64,000 nt of DNA from Armatimonadota bacterium (GCA_041690135.1 JAWLHY010000013.1:202306-266305), one strand, 5' to 3'. Counted from the first letter of the stretch, positions 17,929 to 28,530 are shown. Notes: generated by a model not told the origin, from the sequence alone. A program made the numbers and translations.

Positions 17929-19137
17929 CTATAACGCTCGACCACAACTGCCGCAGAACCGGGTGCTGCCCCGGACCGTAGTACCGCAGCCACCGCAGAA
18001 CCGCGTCTGCGGTGCGGCGGGAGCAACTCTCGGCGTCCGCTCGCGGTGGGCACGACAAAAACCTGCGGGCGCCGCGGCCGCGGTAAACATCCTTCGCACC
18101 GGGTTGGTGCAGTTCTCACCCGCGCGCAGACCGCTCGCGCGGCACACCACCACGGCCATCTGTGCCGGCGGGCGATGCTCCGTACAGGTGCCGGTCGGGA
18201 CCTCGGTCCCGGCGAACTTGCGGGTCACCTTCTTCGGGCAATGTTCGTTCGGAGGTAGACCGGAACCGGCACACACCTTGACCGGCACCTTCTCGTGACG
18301 GGTACACGTCTCCGTCGGGGCGGATGCCCCGGTGAACTCCCGCTCCACCACCTGGGGACAGTCCGGTGTGGCGCGCACACTGCTTGCCGAGCAGACGCGA
18401 ACGGTGCGCGCCGGCTCCGCGGTGGCCTTCGCGGGCGCCAGACCGGCGGCACTTTGCGACTGCTGTGCGGCGGGAACGGTCCCGGTGCCGGCGCTGGCGG
18501 TCTGACCTTTGGTCTGGCCCACCTGCCACAGCATACCGGCGACGACGGCAGCGAGGCCTACGCCCCCGATCAACAGCATCGGCGATCTTCCCCGGCGTCT
18601 GGAGGGCGGTGTGGCGCGAAGACGGTCGGGCAGGTCGGTACTTTCGGTGGCAAGCACGGGAAGGATGGACGCAAATGCGACGGTGACCACCAGGTCGCCG
18701 GCCGCACCCCCGTGTTGCCCCGGAGCTCCTCGCCCTACCAGGCGGATAATCTGTCCCTCCTGGATGCCGGGGGGAACCGTCACCGCAACGTAGGCCTCCC
18801 CCACCTGCAGCATCTTCTCGGCGCCGCGGACCGCTTCTTCCGGTAAAACTTCCAGCCGGGCTTCCACATCCACTCCGCGCTCGGGCTCCGGCTCCACCTC
18901 CAGGCGGACCGAAAGGTTGCCCGGGCGTCCCCCGTTCAGGCCCGGCATTCCCCGTCCCGGCAGCCAGATCGCCTGGCCGTTCTTCACTCCGGAAGGGAGG
19001 TCGACTTTTTCCATGCGGTCGTCCACCCGGACCATACGGGCGCAACCATGCTTGGCTTCTTGCCAGGAGAGCTGAACGTCCACCACGACGTCTTCGCCAC
19101 GGATGGGAGAATCGGCTGCCGGGAGCTCTTCGGACAT
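17929..19137 (-). CDS. DnaJ C-terminal-domain membrane protein with Cys/His repeats and Zn ribbon; no J domain
   Basis: Two repeats of the type V.vP.Gv..Gq.i.L.GrG.PG..GG..GdL; a TM helix; three VC..S......C......F.....P...C..H repeats; FCGGCG..FCGSCG. Confidence 0.75.
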   Translation of the reverse strand: MSEELPAADSPIRGEDVVVDVQLSWQEAKHGCARMVRVDDRMEKVDLPSGVKNGQAIWLPGRGMPGLNGGRPGNLSVRLEVEPEPERGVDVEARLEVLPEEAVRGAEKMLQVGEAYVAVTVPPGIQEGQIIRLVGRGAPGQHGGAAGDLVVTVAFASILPVLATESTDLPDRLRATPPSRRRGRSPMLLIGGVGLAAVVAGMLWQVGQTKGQTASAGTGTVPAAQQSQSAAGLAPAKATAEPARTVRVCSASSVRATPDCPQVVEREFTGASAPTETCTRHEKVPVKVCAGSGLPPNEHCPKKVTRKFAGTEVPTGTCTEHRPPAQMAVVVCRASGLRAGENCTNPVRRMFTAAAAPAGFCRAHRERTPRVAPAAPQTRFCGGCGTTVRGSTRFCGSCGRAL

Positions 19138-19507
19138 CTGCAATTCCTTCGCCCGGCACGACCGGGCGCAGAGGTTTCGTCGCGGAGGACCTGCTGGTAG
19201 GGGACGACCGCACACCATGGGAGAAGAGAAGGGGTTCACCGCAGCAGTGCGGTAAAAACCATCCATCTGGATGTTTCCATATTGTGGCAAAAGTTTGCCA
19301 GCTCTTTACAACCATTCAAGCCTAAGGTAGGAGTTTCCCCTTTCGCACTTCCGCCGGCTGGAGGATACTCACAGTAGTCCCTGGGCAGGATTGCCGCGGA
19401 TCGCGGCATGCGCGAAGCGCCTTTCGGGTGCGGCCCAAGGTCAAGGTTCCGTGCTCGCTTGCCATCATTCGGCATGGGAGCGCAGGAGCGAGTGAGGCAG
19501 GCAGATC

Positions 19508-21454
19508 ATGGTTCGTGAGGAAAAACCCCGGATTCTGGTGCTGATCCGGTCCGCAACGTTGCTCCAGGCAGTCCAGGCAACGTTGGCAAGTGAAGTTACC
19601 CTGGCCGTGGAATCGGACGCTGCCGCGGCGGCGCTCACTATCGACGGCCTGCACCCACCGGATCTGGCGATTATCGATGGCGCGATCGCTTGGGGGGAGT
19701 TGGACCCGATCCGGGCGGCGGTGCGAGCTCCGTCCCGCACGCGCTACCTTCCGGTTCTGGCGCTTCTACCCGGCGGTGATGCCGAAACAGCACCGGGTTG
19801 CGACTGGGTGGACGAGGTGGTGATGGATGCTGCCGCGCATCCCCAGGCGCTGCTCGCCCGCGTCCGGACGCTGCTGCGGATCAAACAGGTCTGCGATAAC
19901 GCTGCCGGGGAGCTCAAGCGCCTCACGGAGATCGGCATTGCGCTGGGAGCTGAACACAACCTCCACCGCCTCCTCGACCGGATCGTGAACGAAGCTCGCG
20001 CCATCAATCATGCCGAGGCGGGAACGCTTTACTCGGTGGATCGCGACGCGGGCGTCCTGCGCTTCCAGATCTTTCAGAACGAACGCCAGGGAACGCATTT
20101 CGCCGGCCGCGAAGGAAACGACCTCCCCCCCGTGCCGCTGAACCCCAAGAACGTGTCGGCCTACGTGGCGCTCACGGGCGAGATCGTGAATATCCCGGAT
20201 GTTTACGAGGCGGAGGGGTTCGACTTCAGCGGTCCCCGGAAGTACGATGCCATGACGGGCTACCGCTCCCGCTCCATGCTGGTGGTTCCGATCCGCAGTC
20301 GCGAAGAGATCATTGGGGTGCTGCAACTGATCAACGCGCGCGATCCCCGCTTGGGAGAAGTAGCTCCCTTCCACGGCAGCAACGTGGAACGGACCTGCGC
20401 GCTGGCCTCCCAGGCGGGGGTCGCCCTGACCAATGCTCGCCTCATCAACGACCTGCAGGCCCTGCTCGAAGGACTTATCCAGATGATGGCGACCGCCATC
20501 GACGAAAAGTCCGCCTACACCGCCGGGCACGTACGCCGGGTCACCCGCCTCGCCCTGCTTCTGGCCGAAGCGGTCAACGGCACGACCTCCCCAGAATTTG
20601 CGGAACACCGTTTCACGGCTTCCGAGATGGAAGAGCTGCGGATCGCCGGCCTGTTGCACGATATCGGCAAGATCGTGGTGCCCGAATACGTGGTCGACAA
20701 AGCCACCAAGCTGCAGACCATTCGCGACCGGATTGAGGAGATCCGGGTGCGGTTCGAATTGATCGGCACTTTGATGGAGAACGGCGCGCTCCGTCGGAAG
20801 TTTCAGCTGGCCGCCTCCGGGGCGTTGGCCTCGGAAGTGGCCGCGGTCGATGGCGAATTGTCCATGCAACGGGAGCAACTGGCGGCGGACCTCGCCTTTA
20901 TCGAGGGGATCAACCGCGGTGGCGAGCACATGGCCCCGGAGAAACTCGAGCGCCTGGCGGCCATTGCCAACCGGACGTACTGGGACGCCCGGGGTCGCGA
21001 GCATTCCTACCTGACGCAGGAGGAGGTCCGCAATCTCTCCATCTCCCGCGGCACGCTGCTGCCCGAAGAGCTGGCTGTCATCCGCTCCCATGCGGCCGTC
21101 TCCTACCGGCTGCTGCAGCAGATTCCGTTTCCACGCCAGCTCAGCCGGGTCCCCACGATCGCCGGCGAACACCACGAGACCCTGAATGGTACGGGGTATC
21201 CGGACGGGAAGACGGCCGAGACGCTGTCGCTGCAATCGCGCATCCTCGCCATCGCCGACATCTTCGATGCCCTGAGCGCCGCCGATCGACCTTATAAGAA
21301 GGCTTTTTCGCTGGAAGTCTGTCACCGCATCCTCCGCGAGGAGGCGGAGCGGGGCAAACTCGACGCGGCACTGGTCGAGTTGTTCATTGCCTCGGACTGC
21401 CACGGCCGGCTGCTGGCCGAACTCGCCTCGTGCCCGGACGACCCCTCCAATTAA
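19508..21454 (+). CDS. GAF plus HD-GYP cyclic-dinucleotide phosphodiesterase with degenerate receiver domain
   Basis: LLHDIGK, HHETLNGTGYP, DRPYK; GAF SMLVVP..IIGVLQLIN. Confidence 0.92.
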   Translation: MVREEKPRILVLIRSATLLQAVQATLASEVTLAVESDAAAAALTIDGLHPPDLAIIDGAIAWGELDPIRAAVRAPSRTRYLPVLALLPGGDAETAPGCDWVDEVVMDAAAHPQALLARVRTLLRIKQVCDNAAGELKRLTEIGIALGAEHNLHRLLDRIVNEARAINHAEAGTLYSVDRDAGVLRFQIFQNERQGTHFAGREGNDLPPVPLNPKNVSAYVALTGEIVNIPDVYEAEGFDFSGPRKYDAMTGYRSRSMLVVPIRSREEIIGVLQLINARDPRLGEVAPFHGSNVERTCALASQAGVALTNARLINDLQALLEGLIQMMATAIDEKSAYTAGHVRRVTRLALLLAEAVNGTTSPEFAEHRFTASEMEELRIAGLLHDIGKIVVPEYVVDKATKLQTIRDRIEEIRVRFELIGTLMENGALRRKFQLAASGALASEVAAVDGELSMQREQLAADLAFIEGINRGGEHMAPEKLERLAAIANRTYWDARGREHSYLTQEEVRNLSISRGTLLPEELAVIRSHAAVSYRLLQQIPFPRQLSRVPTIAGEHHETLNGTGYPDGKTAETLSLQSRILAIADIFDALSAADRPYKKAFSLEVCHRILREEAERGKLDAALVELFIASDCHGRLLAELASCPDDPSN

Positions 21455-21659
21455 TGCCCGAAAGTGGGAACGGATTCGAAGGCATCAGGGTCTTAGAGGT
21501 GTTACGGGGCGGTGCGGGCCGGGTAAGATCGTGCCTGACGCCCCCGGACTCCTTCACCGGTCCGGGGTTGCCTCGGGGTCGTAGCCTTCTCCATCCAGCC
21601 GATCTCCGGCGCGGGACTTCACGTGCCGGGCCGCAAAGCATCACGGAATAGATAAAACT

Positions 21660-22169
21660 TTGAATACGAAAAGAATCACCCGGTTCGGGTTTCTGGCCGC
21701 GGCCGGTCTGGCCATCAGCAGTATGGTATTCGCCGCCCCCAGGGGCCGTGTGGAGAAAGGCCAGATGCCGCCGGACTTCACGGGGACGTCCCTGAGTGGC
21801 CAGAAGGTAACGTTGTCGGCGTACCGCGGTAAGAGCCCCGTGGTGCTGAACTTCTTCGCGGAGTTCTGCGGGCCATGCCGTCAGGAGTTTCCGCACCTGA
21901 AAGCCCTGGACGAGCAATATCGCGCCAAGGGTCTGAAGGTGATCGCGGTTTCGCTCGACGAAAGCCGGGATGCCGCGTCGTCGATTCCCAATGAGCACCG
22001 GGTCAAGTTCCCCGTGGTGTTCGACCCCAAAGGGACCATCGCCGCCAGTTACGGGGTGCAGGCCATCCCTCACACGTTGGTGATCGATCGCGACGGCAAG
22101 GTCCACAGCTCCATCATTGGGCTGGACCTGAAGGCCCTCGACCGCGCGGTTGATAGCGTCATGAAGTAA
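21660..22169 (+). CDS. TlpA/ResA-like thiol-disulfide oxidoreductase
   Basis: FCGPC, YGVQAIP, signal peptide. Confidence 0.9.
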   Translation: MNTKRITRFGFLAAAGLAISSMVFAAPRGRVEKGQMPPDFTGTSLSGQKVTLSAYRGKSPVVLNFFAEFCGPCRQEFPHLKALDEQYRAKGLKVIAVSLDESRDAASSIPNEHRVKFPVVFDPKGTIAASYGVQAIPHTLVIDRDGKVHSSIIGLDLKALDRAVDSVMK

Positions 22170-22919
22170 TCAGCGGTTGCGGAAGAGATAGAATTCGCTT
22201 TTCCGGCCGGACTTGCGTTCCGCGGCATCCAGCCACCCGTGAAGGACCTCTACGGGCACGGCATAGGCGGCCCGCGAAATGCCGTCGACTCCGGGCACCT
22301 GGCGGCTACTAAGGACGCCCACCACGGCGGCGTCCCGTAACCGCACCACCGGACTGCCGCTGTCTCCTCGTTCCACCTGGGTCTCCAGTTCGAGTAGTGT
22401 ATCGAGCCTGCCGGCCGGATCTCGGAGCCGCACCCGACGCTTGAATCCGGCCGGCAGTCCGATCCGCTCGGCGGGGTCGCCCTCGGCGGATGGAGGCAGC
22501 GCGGCTCCCGCGACTACGACCAACGCCTCGCGGTCCCGCAGGCTCGCACTGTCGCGAGCCAGTTCCACCGGCTTGAGTAGCAAGTTCGGCGCTCGGAGAC
22601 CCAGGATGGCGAGGTCGTGGTCCATGTGGGTCTCCAGGACGTCGGCCCGATAGCCTACTCCATTGACCCACGCGGCGACGGACGCTACCTCGTCCACCAC
22701 ATGACCCGCGGTGACCACCAGCCCCGGCCGGGCAAGAAAGCCGGTTCCGAATCCGTGCAGGTTGCCGCGTCCTGTCTTAACGACGACCACCTTTGTCCGC
22801 ACCCGATCGACCGCTTCGCGGTGAGCCACGGACGAACCCCTTCCGTTCGCGGCTGTGGCTGTCACGGCGGCAACCGTCGCAAGGAGAATGCTGAGTGGGA
22901 GGCCAACGGGTAATCGCAT
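22170..22919 (-). CDS. Trypsin-like serine protease
   Basis: TAGH, DLAIL and GDSGSP catalytic triad motifs. Confidence 0.88.
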   Translation of the reverse strand: MRLPVGLPLSILLATVAAVTATAANGRGSSVAHREAVDRVRTKVVVVKTGRGNLHGFGTGFLARPGLVVTAGHVVDEVASVAAWVNGVGYRADVLETHMDHDLAILGLRAPNLLLKPVELARDSASLRDREALVVVAGAALPPSAEGDPAERIGLPAGFKRRVRLRDPAGRLDTLLELETQVERGDSGSPVVRLRDAAVVGVLSSRQVPGVDGISRAAYAVPVEVLHGWLDAAERKSGRKSEFYLFRNR

Positions 22920-23009
22920 CGACGTATCTAATTCTCTGTCCGCTCCGGGATTGAGTTGCACTCTAGAGATTAGGCATACTTAGAGTCATTCGACACCCGT
23001 TGCCCCGTT

Positions 23010-23981
23010 ATGGCCCCCAACCTGGAGAACCGAATGCAAGTCGCCGAAGCCCGTGCCCTGATCCAGCAGATGGTCCAAGAGATCGAGACGGTGATCGTGG
23101 GCAAACGCCTGGTAGTGGAGCGCTCGTTGGTCGCTCTCCTGGCGCAAGGTCATCTGCTGGTCGAGGATGTTCCGGGTACCGGTAAGACGATGCTGGCCCG
23201 CGCGATGTCGCGCTCCATCGACGGTACCTTTCGGCGCATCCAGTTCACACCGGACTTGCTGCCCGCCGACATTACGGGCACCTCCATCTACAACCAGAAG
23301 GAAGGTGAGTTCGAGTTCCGGCCGGGGCCGGTGTTCGCCAATATCGTTCTGGCCGATGAGATCAACCGCGCCACGCCGAAGACCCAGTCCAGCCTGTTGG
23401 AGGCGATGGAGGAGTTCCAGGTAACGGCCGACGGGATCACTCGCCCCCTACCCCGTCCCTTCTTTGTTATTGCCACGCAGAATAACGTGGAGTACCAGGG
23501 TACTTTTCCCCTGCCCGAGTCGCAGTTGGACCGGTTCGTGATGCGTCTTTCGATGGGCTATCCCGCGCCGCGTGACGAAGTGGCCATCCTGGGACGGCAG
23601 ACCCACGGCCACCCGATTGAGAACGTGAAGCCGGTGGTGACGGCGGAGCAGGTGGAGTCTCTCCGGAACCTCATCCACGATGTGCGCGTTTCGGAGGCAA
23701 CCCGCGAGTATATCGTGGACCTCATCAATGCCACGCGCGAGTCTCCCCAACTTGCCCTGGGCGCCAGCACTCGGGCCTCGATCGACCTGATGCGTGCTTC
23801 CCAGGTGCTCGCGATGACCGAGGGACGGGACTTCGTGCTGCCTGATGATGTGAAGGCTTTGGCGGAAAACGTTCTCGCCCACCGGCTCATCATTAACCCC
23901 GAGGCGCGGCTGCGAAAGATCGATGCCGGCCAGGTCGTCCGCGACCTCCTCCGCCAGGTGCCCGTGCCGGTTGTTTCATAG
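23010..23981 (+). CDS. moxR: MoxR-family AAA+ ATPase
   Basis: DVPGTGKT, RIQFTPDLLPAD, DEINRA, PLPESQLDRF. Confidence 0.93.
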   Translation: MAPNLENRMQVAEARALIQQMVQEIETVIVGKRLVVERSLVALLAQGHLLVEDVPGTGKTMLARAMSRSIDGTFRRIQFTPDLLPADITGTSIYNQKEGEFEFRPGPVFANIVLADEINRATPKTQSSLLEAMEEFQVTADGITRPLPRPFFVIATQNNVEYQGTFPLPESQLDRFVMRLSMGYPAPRDEVAILGRQTHGHPIENVKPVVTAEQVESLRNLIHDVRVSEATREYIVDLINATRESPQLALGASTRASIDLMRASQVLAMTEGRDFVLPDDVKALAENVLAHRLIINPEARLRKIDAGQVVRDLLRQVPVPVVS

Positions 23982-24281
23982 GGAAACAGAGTGAAGGATC
24001 TCCTCACGACCTCCGTTCTATTCTCCAGTCAGGCCAACTCAGCACCCGCCGTGGTCCTTAGTGTGGACTCGCCGATTGCATCGGCGCCTCGCGATCTTGC
24101 CCCCGCCTTCCGTCCTGACACACGGAACTTGCCCTGCAGAGCACGTCATCCTGAACGGAGTGAAGGATCCACTAGCGACCTTGCCTCCGGCTCCCGTCTC
24201 GCCGGCCCAGCGCCCGCACTTCGGGAGTGTTCCCCAGTGTCGCAGTAAGCTCTGCGGCCAATTCCCTTCAGAGGTTCCCCC

Positions 24282-25292
24282 GTGCCCGCGCCACAGATCT
24301 CTGTTCTGATCCTGGTCTATAACGCCGAGGTGACACTGGATGAGGCCCTGGAGTCGGTTCGGAGACAGACCTTCGAAGACTGGGAGGCACTGGTCGTCGA
24401 CGATGGTTCGACGGATGAAACCCCGCGGATGTTGGAGGCGTGGGCGCGGCGGGATCCCCGCTTCCGTGTAATTCAAAACGAGCGGAACCTGGGGATCGTC
24501 CCCAGCCTGAACCGGGCCATTGCCGAGGCTCGCGCGCCACTCCTGGCGCGGATGGATGCAGATGACGTGGCGCTCCCCAACCGGTTCGAGAGGCAGTTGG
24601 ATCGGATCTCCCGCGGGGACGTGGCGGCGGTGGGCTGTTTTGTCCGCTACTTCCCCGAAGAAAGTGTGGCGGAAGGCGCTCGGCGCTATGCCGCGTGGCT
24701 GAACTCCCTGGTGACTCCCGAAGAGCACGACCGCGACCTCTTCGTGGAGTGTCCCCTCGCCCACCCCACCATGCTCCTCCGCTCCGAGGCCGTGCGTGCC
24801 GTCGGCGGTTACCAGGACCACGGTTGGCCGGAGGACTACGACCTCTTGCTGCGTCTCTGGATGGCCGGGCACCGGATGGCCAAAGTCCCCGAAGTCCTCC
24901 TCCTCTGGCGGGAGAGCCCAACCCGGACCTCCCGCACCCGGCCGGAGTATTCGCTGCCCCAGTTTCCGCGCTGCAAAGCGCACTACCTGCGGCGGAGCGT
25001 GCTGCGCGAGAAGGCCGCACTGATCTTCGGCGCCGGCCCTACCGGCAAAGACCTGGCCCGCGCGCTCCTGGCCGAGGGGGCGACGGTCCATGCCTTCGTG
25101 GATATCGATCCGCGCAAGGTCGGCCGGCGTATCTACGGTCTTCCGGTTCTGGATCGGGAAGAGGGATTGCCTCTCCGGGGCCGCTGCTTCGGCCTGGCGG
25201 CCATGGGCCGGGCCGAGAGCCGGGAACAGCTCCGCCGGTTCCTCCGCGAGAATGGGTGGGAGGAACCGGCGGACTTTCGCTGTGTGGGATGA
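24282..25292 (+). CDS. Glycosyltransferase family 2
   Basis: VDDGSTD, RMDADD, EDYDL. Confidence 0.9.
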   Translation: MPAPQISVLILVYNAEVTLDEALESVRRQTFEDWEALVVDDGSTDETPRMLEAWARRDPRFRVIQNERNLGIVPSLNRAIAEARAPLLARMDADDVALPNRFERQLDRISRGDVAAVGCFVRYFPEESVAEGARRYAAWLNSLVTPEEHDRDLFVECPLAHPTMLLRSEAVRAVGGYQDHGWPEDYDLLLRLWMAGHRMAKVPEVLLLWRESPTRTSRTRPEYSLPQFPRCKAHYLRRSVLREKAALIFGAGPTGKDLARALLAEGATVHAFVDIDPRKVGRRIYGLPVLDREEGLPLRGRCFGLAAMGRAESREQLRRFLRENGWEEPADFRCVG

Positions 25293-25306
25293 GGGAAGGC
25301 GTACCT

Positions 25307-26265
25307 TTACTTACGGCGCGGCGCTCGCACGGCCAACCGGTTTTCAACGAGGTAGAAACCGGGCAACTGATCCACGGTCTGCTCGGCGATCAGGGCGGCG
25401 CGCTCCTGCATGAAGCGGCTGGTGGCGGTGCCCGACAGGATGACCTCGCCATCCTCCACGGTAACGGTGATCCGGTTCGGCGCCTTCTTCAGGGCCACGT
25501 CCTCCGCGAGTGCCTTGCGCACCGCGGTGACCACCGTGGCGGGGTCAGCCGGTTCCGTAACGGCGCCGCCCTCCGCTCCCGCGCCCTCCGCCCCAGCGAG
25601 GCCCTCTTTGAAGCCCTGGGCGAAGAGTTCCATCAATCCGCCGCCCCCGGTTTTCGCCAGCAACTCCAGCTCCCGTTTCAAGTCGAAGGGTCGGAAGTCC
25701 GTCAGTGCGCCGATGCTGCGAACGTTCACGAGCGCCAGCGAGAGCTCCGAATCCTCTTTTAAGCTCCCACCCAGCAGGCTATCCACGTCCGGCTCTTTGT
25801 TCTCCGCGCCCGCCTTGAGCGCCAACTCCATCAGGCTGCTCTGCTGCGGTTGGTAGCGGTAGGTCACCAGAAAGGTTTCCGGTCCGATCGCGACCGTTTG
25901 CCCGCGCGTGTAATGAACGGGCTTGGCGCCACCCCCGCCCGAGCCTCCGAACATCGACGACATCACCATCATGCCGAGTGCAGCATCGGCTCCCGGAGCT
26001 TTACCTTTCTCGCCTGCCTGGGACATCATGCCGAGCTGCATCAACTGCTTCAACATATCGCCGGATTCGTTCGCCGGCCCACCGGCTGAATGCCTACGTA
26101 GCGCCATTCGCTCGTGAGTTCCTTGAGCTTGAGGGTGGGCGGCAGTCCGGCCCCCACCGGGCGCGGCGAGGGGATTCCCTGCTGGGCACTCGCCGGTAGT
26201 GCCAGCGCGGCAGTCTTCCCCACGATCACCAATCCTACTCGGCTCTGCCTGTCTCGCATCCGCAT
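25307..26265 (-). pseudogene. Secreted BON-domain protein split by a frameshift near 26075-26090
   Basis: SD AGGGAGG and ATG 26265 give a signal peptide and TLKLKELTSEWRYVGI, then a stop at 26050. The body with the C-terminal BON domain (ITVTVEDGEVILSG...VENRL) is in another frame. Confidence 0.62.
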
Positions 26266-26453
26266 GCAGTCCTCCCTTGCGTTCCGATTAACTACGCTCA
26301 ATCTTTTGGCAGTATACAGTGGCCAAGCACTTCCTGCCCCGGCTTTTCTCGCCCTGCCAATCCGCTCGGACGACCGTGTAGAAAAACATGGAGTGGGGCG
26401 GGCGTCTCACCCGCCACGGTAGCCGGTGGAGAGCGCAGAGCACAGTGGGATCC

Positions 26454-26491
26454 AAACAAAAAAGGGCCGGCTTCTTTCGAAGTCGGCCCTT
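26454..26491 (-). terminator. Rho-independent terminator
   Basis: Minus strand AAGGGCCGACTTC-GAAA-GAAGCCGGCCCTT followed by TTTTGTTT. Confidence 0.85.
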
Positions 26492-26523
26492 CCGTTATGA
26501 CTACGGGTTTCCCCGGTGTTCTT

Positions 26524-26664
26524 CTATCCTACCCGGCTCCGGGTTCCATCCAGGTTTTCACCTGCATTCCGCCCCCTACCGGCAGCAACCGGCTGTTGCG
26601 CCAGCCGCTGGAAGGCCCATCCCAGACCAAAGAAGTCCAGGAAGTACCGCCAGAATGCGCTCAT
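26524..26664 (-). CDS. Small 46-aa protein MSAFWRYFLDFFGLGWAFQRLAQQPVAAGRGRNAGENLDGTRSRVG
   Basis: SD AAGGGAG before ATG 26664, TAG at 26524, terminator about 30 nt downstream; below the ORF-track size cutoff. Confidence 0.6.
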   Translation of the reverse strand: MSAFWRYFLDFFGLGWAFQRLAQQPVAAGRGRNAGENLDGTRSRVG

Positions 26665-26883
26665 CCGCTTGTCTCCCTTCCCGACTGCTCGCGTACGCCA
26701 GTTTATCCGGCCGGAGCGCAGAACGAAACTCCGTTCTTTACGTAGTTTCGCCTACGGGGGCCGCTCCTGGCGAGAGGCGCCGCACTCCGCGGATGTGAAA
26801 GGGGTCACACCCCGAAGCTCTACCCATTACAACCCGAGCAGTACCCCGTGGGTTCCCCCTTTTTGCGAGCGGGTCGTTGGCTG

Positions 26884-28059
26884 TTACCAGCGGGGATTGC
26901 GCGGCTCCCAGTGGGGATCGTACTTCTGGCGCATGTATTCGGCGTCGCTGCGCTTGGTGAGGCCGCAGCGGTGATAGTCTTCGGTCATCCGGGCGACCTG
27001 GTCCTCGTCCACCGTTATCCCGAGCCCGGGACCTTCGGGAACGCTCATCATGCCGTCGGCGAAAGTAGGCTTTCCACCTACCAGGATGTCTTGTTCCAGC
27101 CACACGTAGTGGGTGTCACAGGCGTAGGTGAGGTGCGGCGTGGCCGCCGCCGCATGGAGCATGGCCGCCAGGCTGATGCCGAGGTGGCTGTTGCTGTGCA
27201 TCGACACGCCCAGTCCCCATACCTGACAGATGCGGGACATCTCTTTGGTAGCAAGCAGCCCACCCCAGTAGTGGTGGTCCGACAGCACCACGTCCACGGA
27301 GTGCAGGCGAATGGCTTCGGGGAAGTGGTCGAACGCGACCAGGCACATGTTGGTGGAGAGCGGAACGTTCACGTGGCGGTTGACCTCCGCCATGCCTTCC
27401 AGTCCCGAAGTCGGGTCCTCCAGGTACTCCAGGTCTCCTTCCAACTCCCGGCCGACCCGGATCGAGGTTTCCACGCTCCAGATCGCATTGGGGTCGAGCC
27501 GGAGGCGGAAATCCGGACCGAACTCCTGGCGCATCAGGCGGATGGAGGCGATCTCCTCGTCTGGGGGAAGTACTCCCCCCTTCAGCTTGAGCGAGCGGAA
27601 GCCGTGCTCCGCCACCATGCGCTTTGCCTGCGTGACGATAGCTTCGGGCGTAAGGCATTCCCCGTACTGCGGGCAATCAAAGTGGTAGAAGAGGTAGGCG
27701 GAGAACTCGATTGGGTTCCGCAACTTGCCGCCCAGCAGATTGTAGACAGGCTGGTTGAGGGCCTGACCCACCAGATCCAGAAAGGCGACCTCCAGTCCGG
27801 CCACGGTCCGCGGGTCAGGCACGCGCAGCCGCAAAGCCTCAATGGCGAACGGGTCCGCGCCGATCACCAGGTCCCGGACCGCCTCCAGAGCTTCCTGCGG
27901 CGCGCTGCCGCCGTACGTTTCTCCCCACCCGACCAGGCCTTCATCGGTGGTCAGTTTGATGAGCGTCCGCAGCGCGAACGGCTCGTGAACCCCGACGGAG
28001 TTCCGGAGCGGCGGGTCCGGAAAAGCCACCGAGATGATTTGCATGTCGACGATTTTCAT
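26884..28059 (-). CDS. Enolase superfamily, glucarate dehydratase-like
   Basis: KLKGG, LRLDPN, YLEDP, STNM, MHSNSHLG, ACDTHY. Confidence 0.9.
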   Translation of the reverse strand: MKIVDMQIISVAFPDPPLRNSVGVHEPFALRTLIKLTTDEGLVGWGETYGGSAPQEALEAVRDLVIGADPFAIEALRLRVPDPRTVAGLEVAFLDLVGQALNQPVYNLLGGKLRNPIEFSAYLFYHFDCPQYGECLTPEAIVTQAKRMVAEHGFRSLKLKGGVLPPDEEIASIRLMRQEFGPDFRLRLDPNAIWSVETSIRVGRELEGDLEYLEDPTSGLEGMAEVNRHVNVPLSTNMCLVAFDHFPEAIRLHSVDVVLSDHHYWGGLLATKEMSRICQVWGLGVSMHSNSHLGISLAAMLHAAAATPHLTYACDTHYVWLEQDILVGGKPTFADGMMSVPEGPGLGITVDEDQVARMTEDYHRCGLTKRSDAEYMRQKYDPHWEPRNPRW

Positions 28060-28316
28060 CAGTGAAAACTCCCGGTGTCAGTTGGGTACGGGCGCCGAAA
28101 GCCCTCCTCAAGTTGGGCAGTATGGCGTTCGGGTGTTCGGGCGTTCAGGCATTCGGGTAGTCAGGTCTCAAGTTGCGGACAGCATAAGCAAGAAGGCGTG
28201 AGGGGTTGAGAACTGCTTCCCAACCCCTCACGCCTTCACCTCCGGCGCTCAACACACTACCTACTGATTTACCCCACAGAGGACCCCGAACGCCTGCAAG
28301 CCTGAACGCCTGAACG

Positions 28317-28530
28317 ATGTTGTTGGTAAATTCCCCAAGATCGGCTGCAGTTGCACTGCAGCCGGAACGCTTCGTGCGCAGTTGCACTGCGCCGCTCCCG
28401 ACCTGGTGTCGGCATTGGCGAGCCGGGTGTGCTGCGACGAATGTGAGACCACGGGCTTCCGCAGTGCAACTGCGGGACGAAGGCTTTCGCGGGCAGTGCA
28501 ACTGCCCGCGATCGAGTTTCCCAACAGCAT
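28317..28530. mobile_element. MITE-like element with 14-bp imperfect TIRs and four internal GCAGTTGCACTGC hairpins
   Basis: ATGTTGTTGGTAAA...TTTCCCAACAGCAT (12/14 match), flanked on both sides by CCTGAACG. Confidence 0.6.

Noticed and set aside
23010-23981. MoxR without adjacent DUF58/vWA partners
   Set aside because: Partners are often encoded elsewhere; this cannot be judged from one window.
26720-26760. GGCGAAAC as a c-di-GMP-I riboswitch
   Set aside because: The GNRA-capped P2 stem and receptor-bearing P3 stem are not identifiable.
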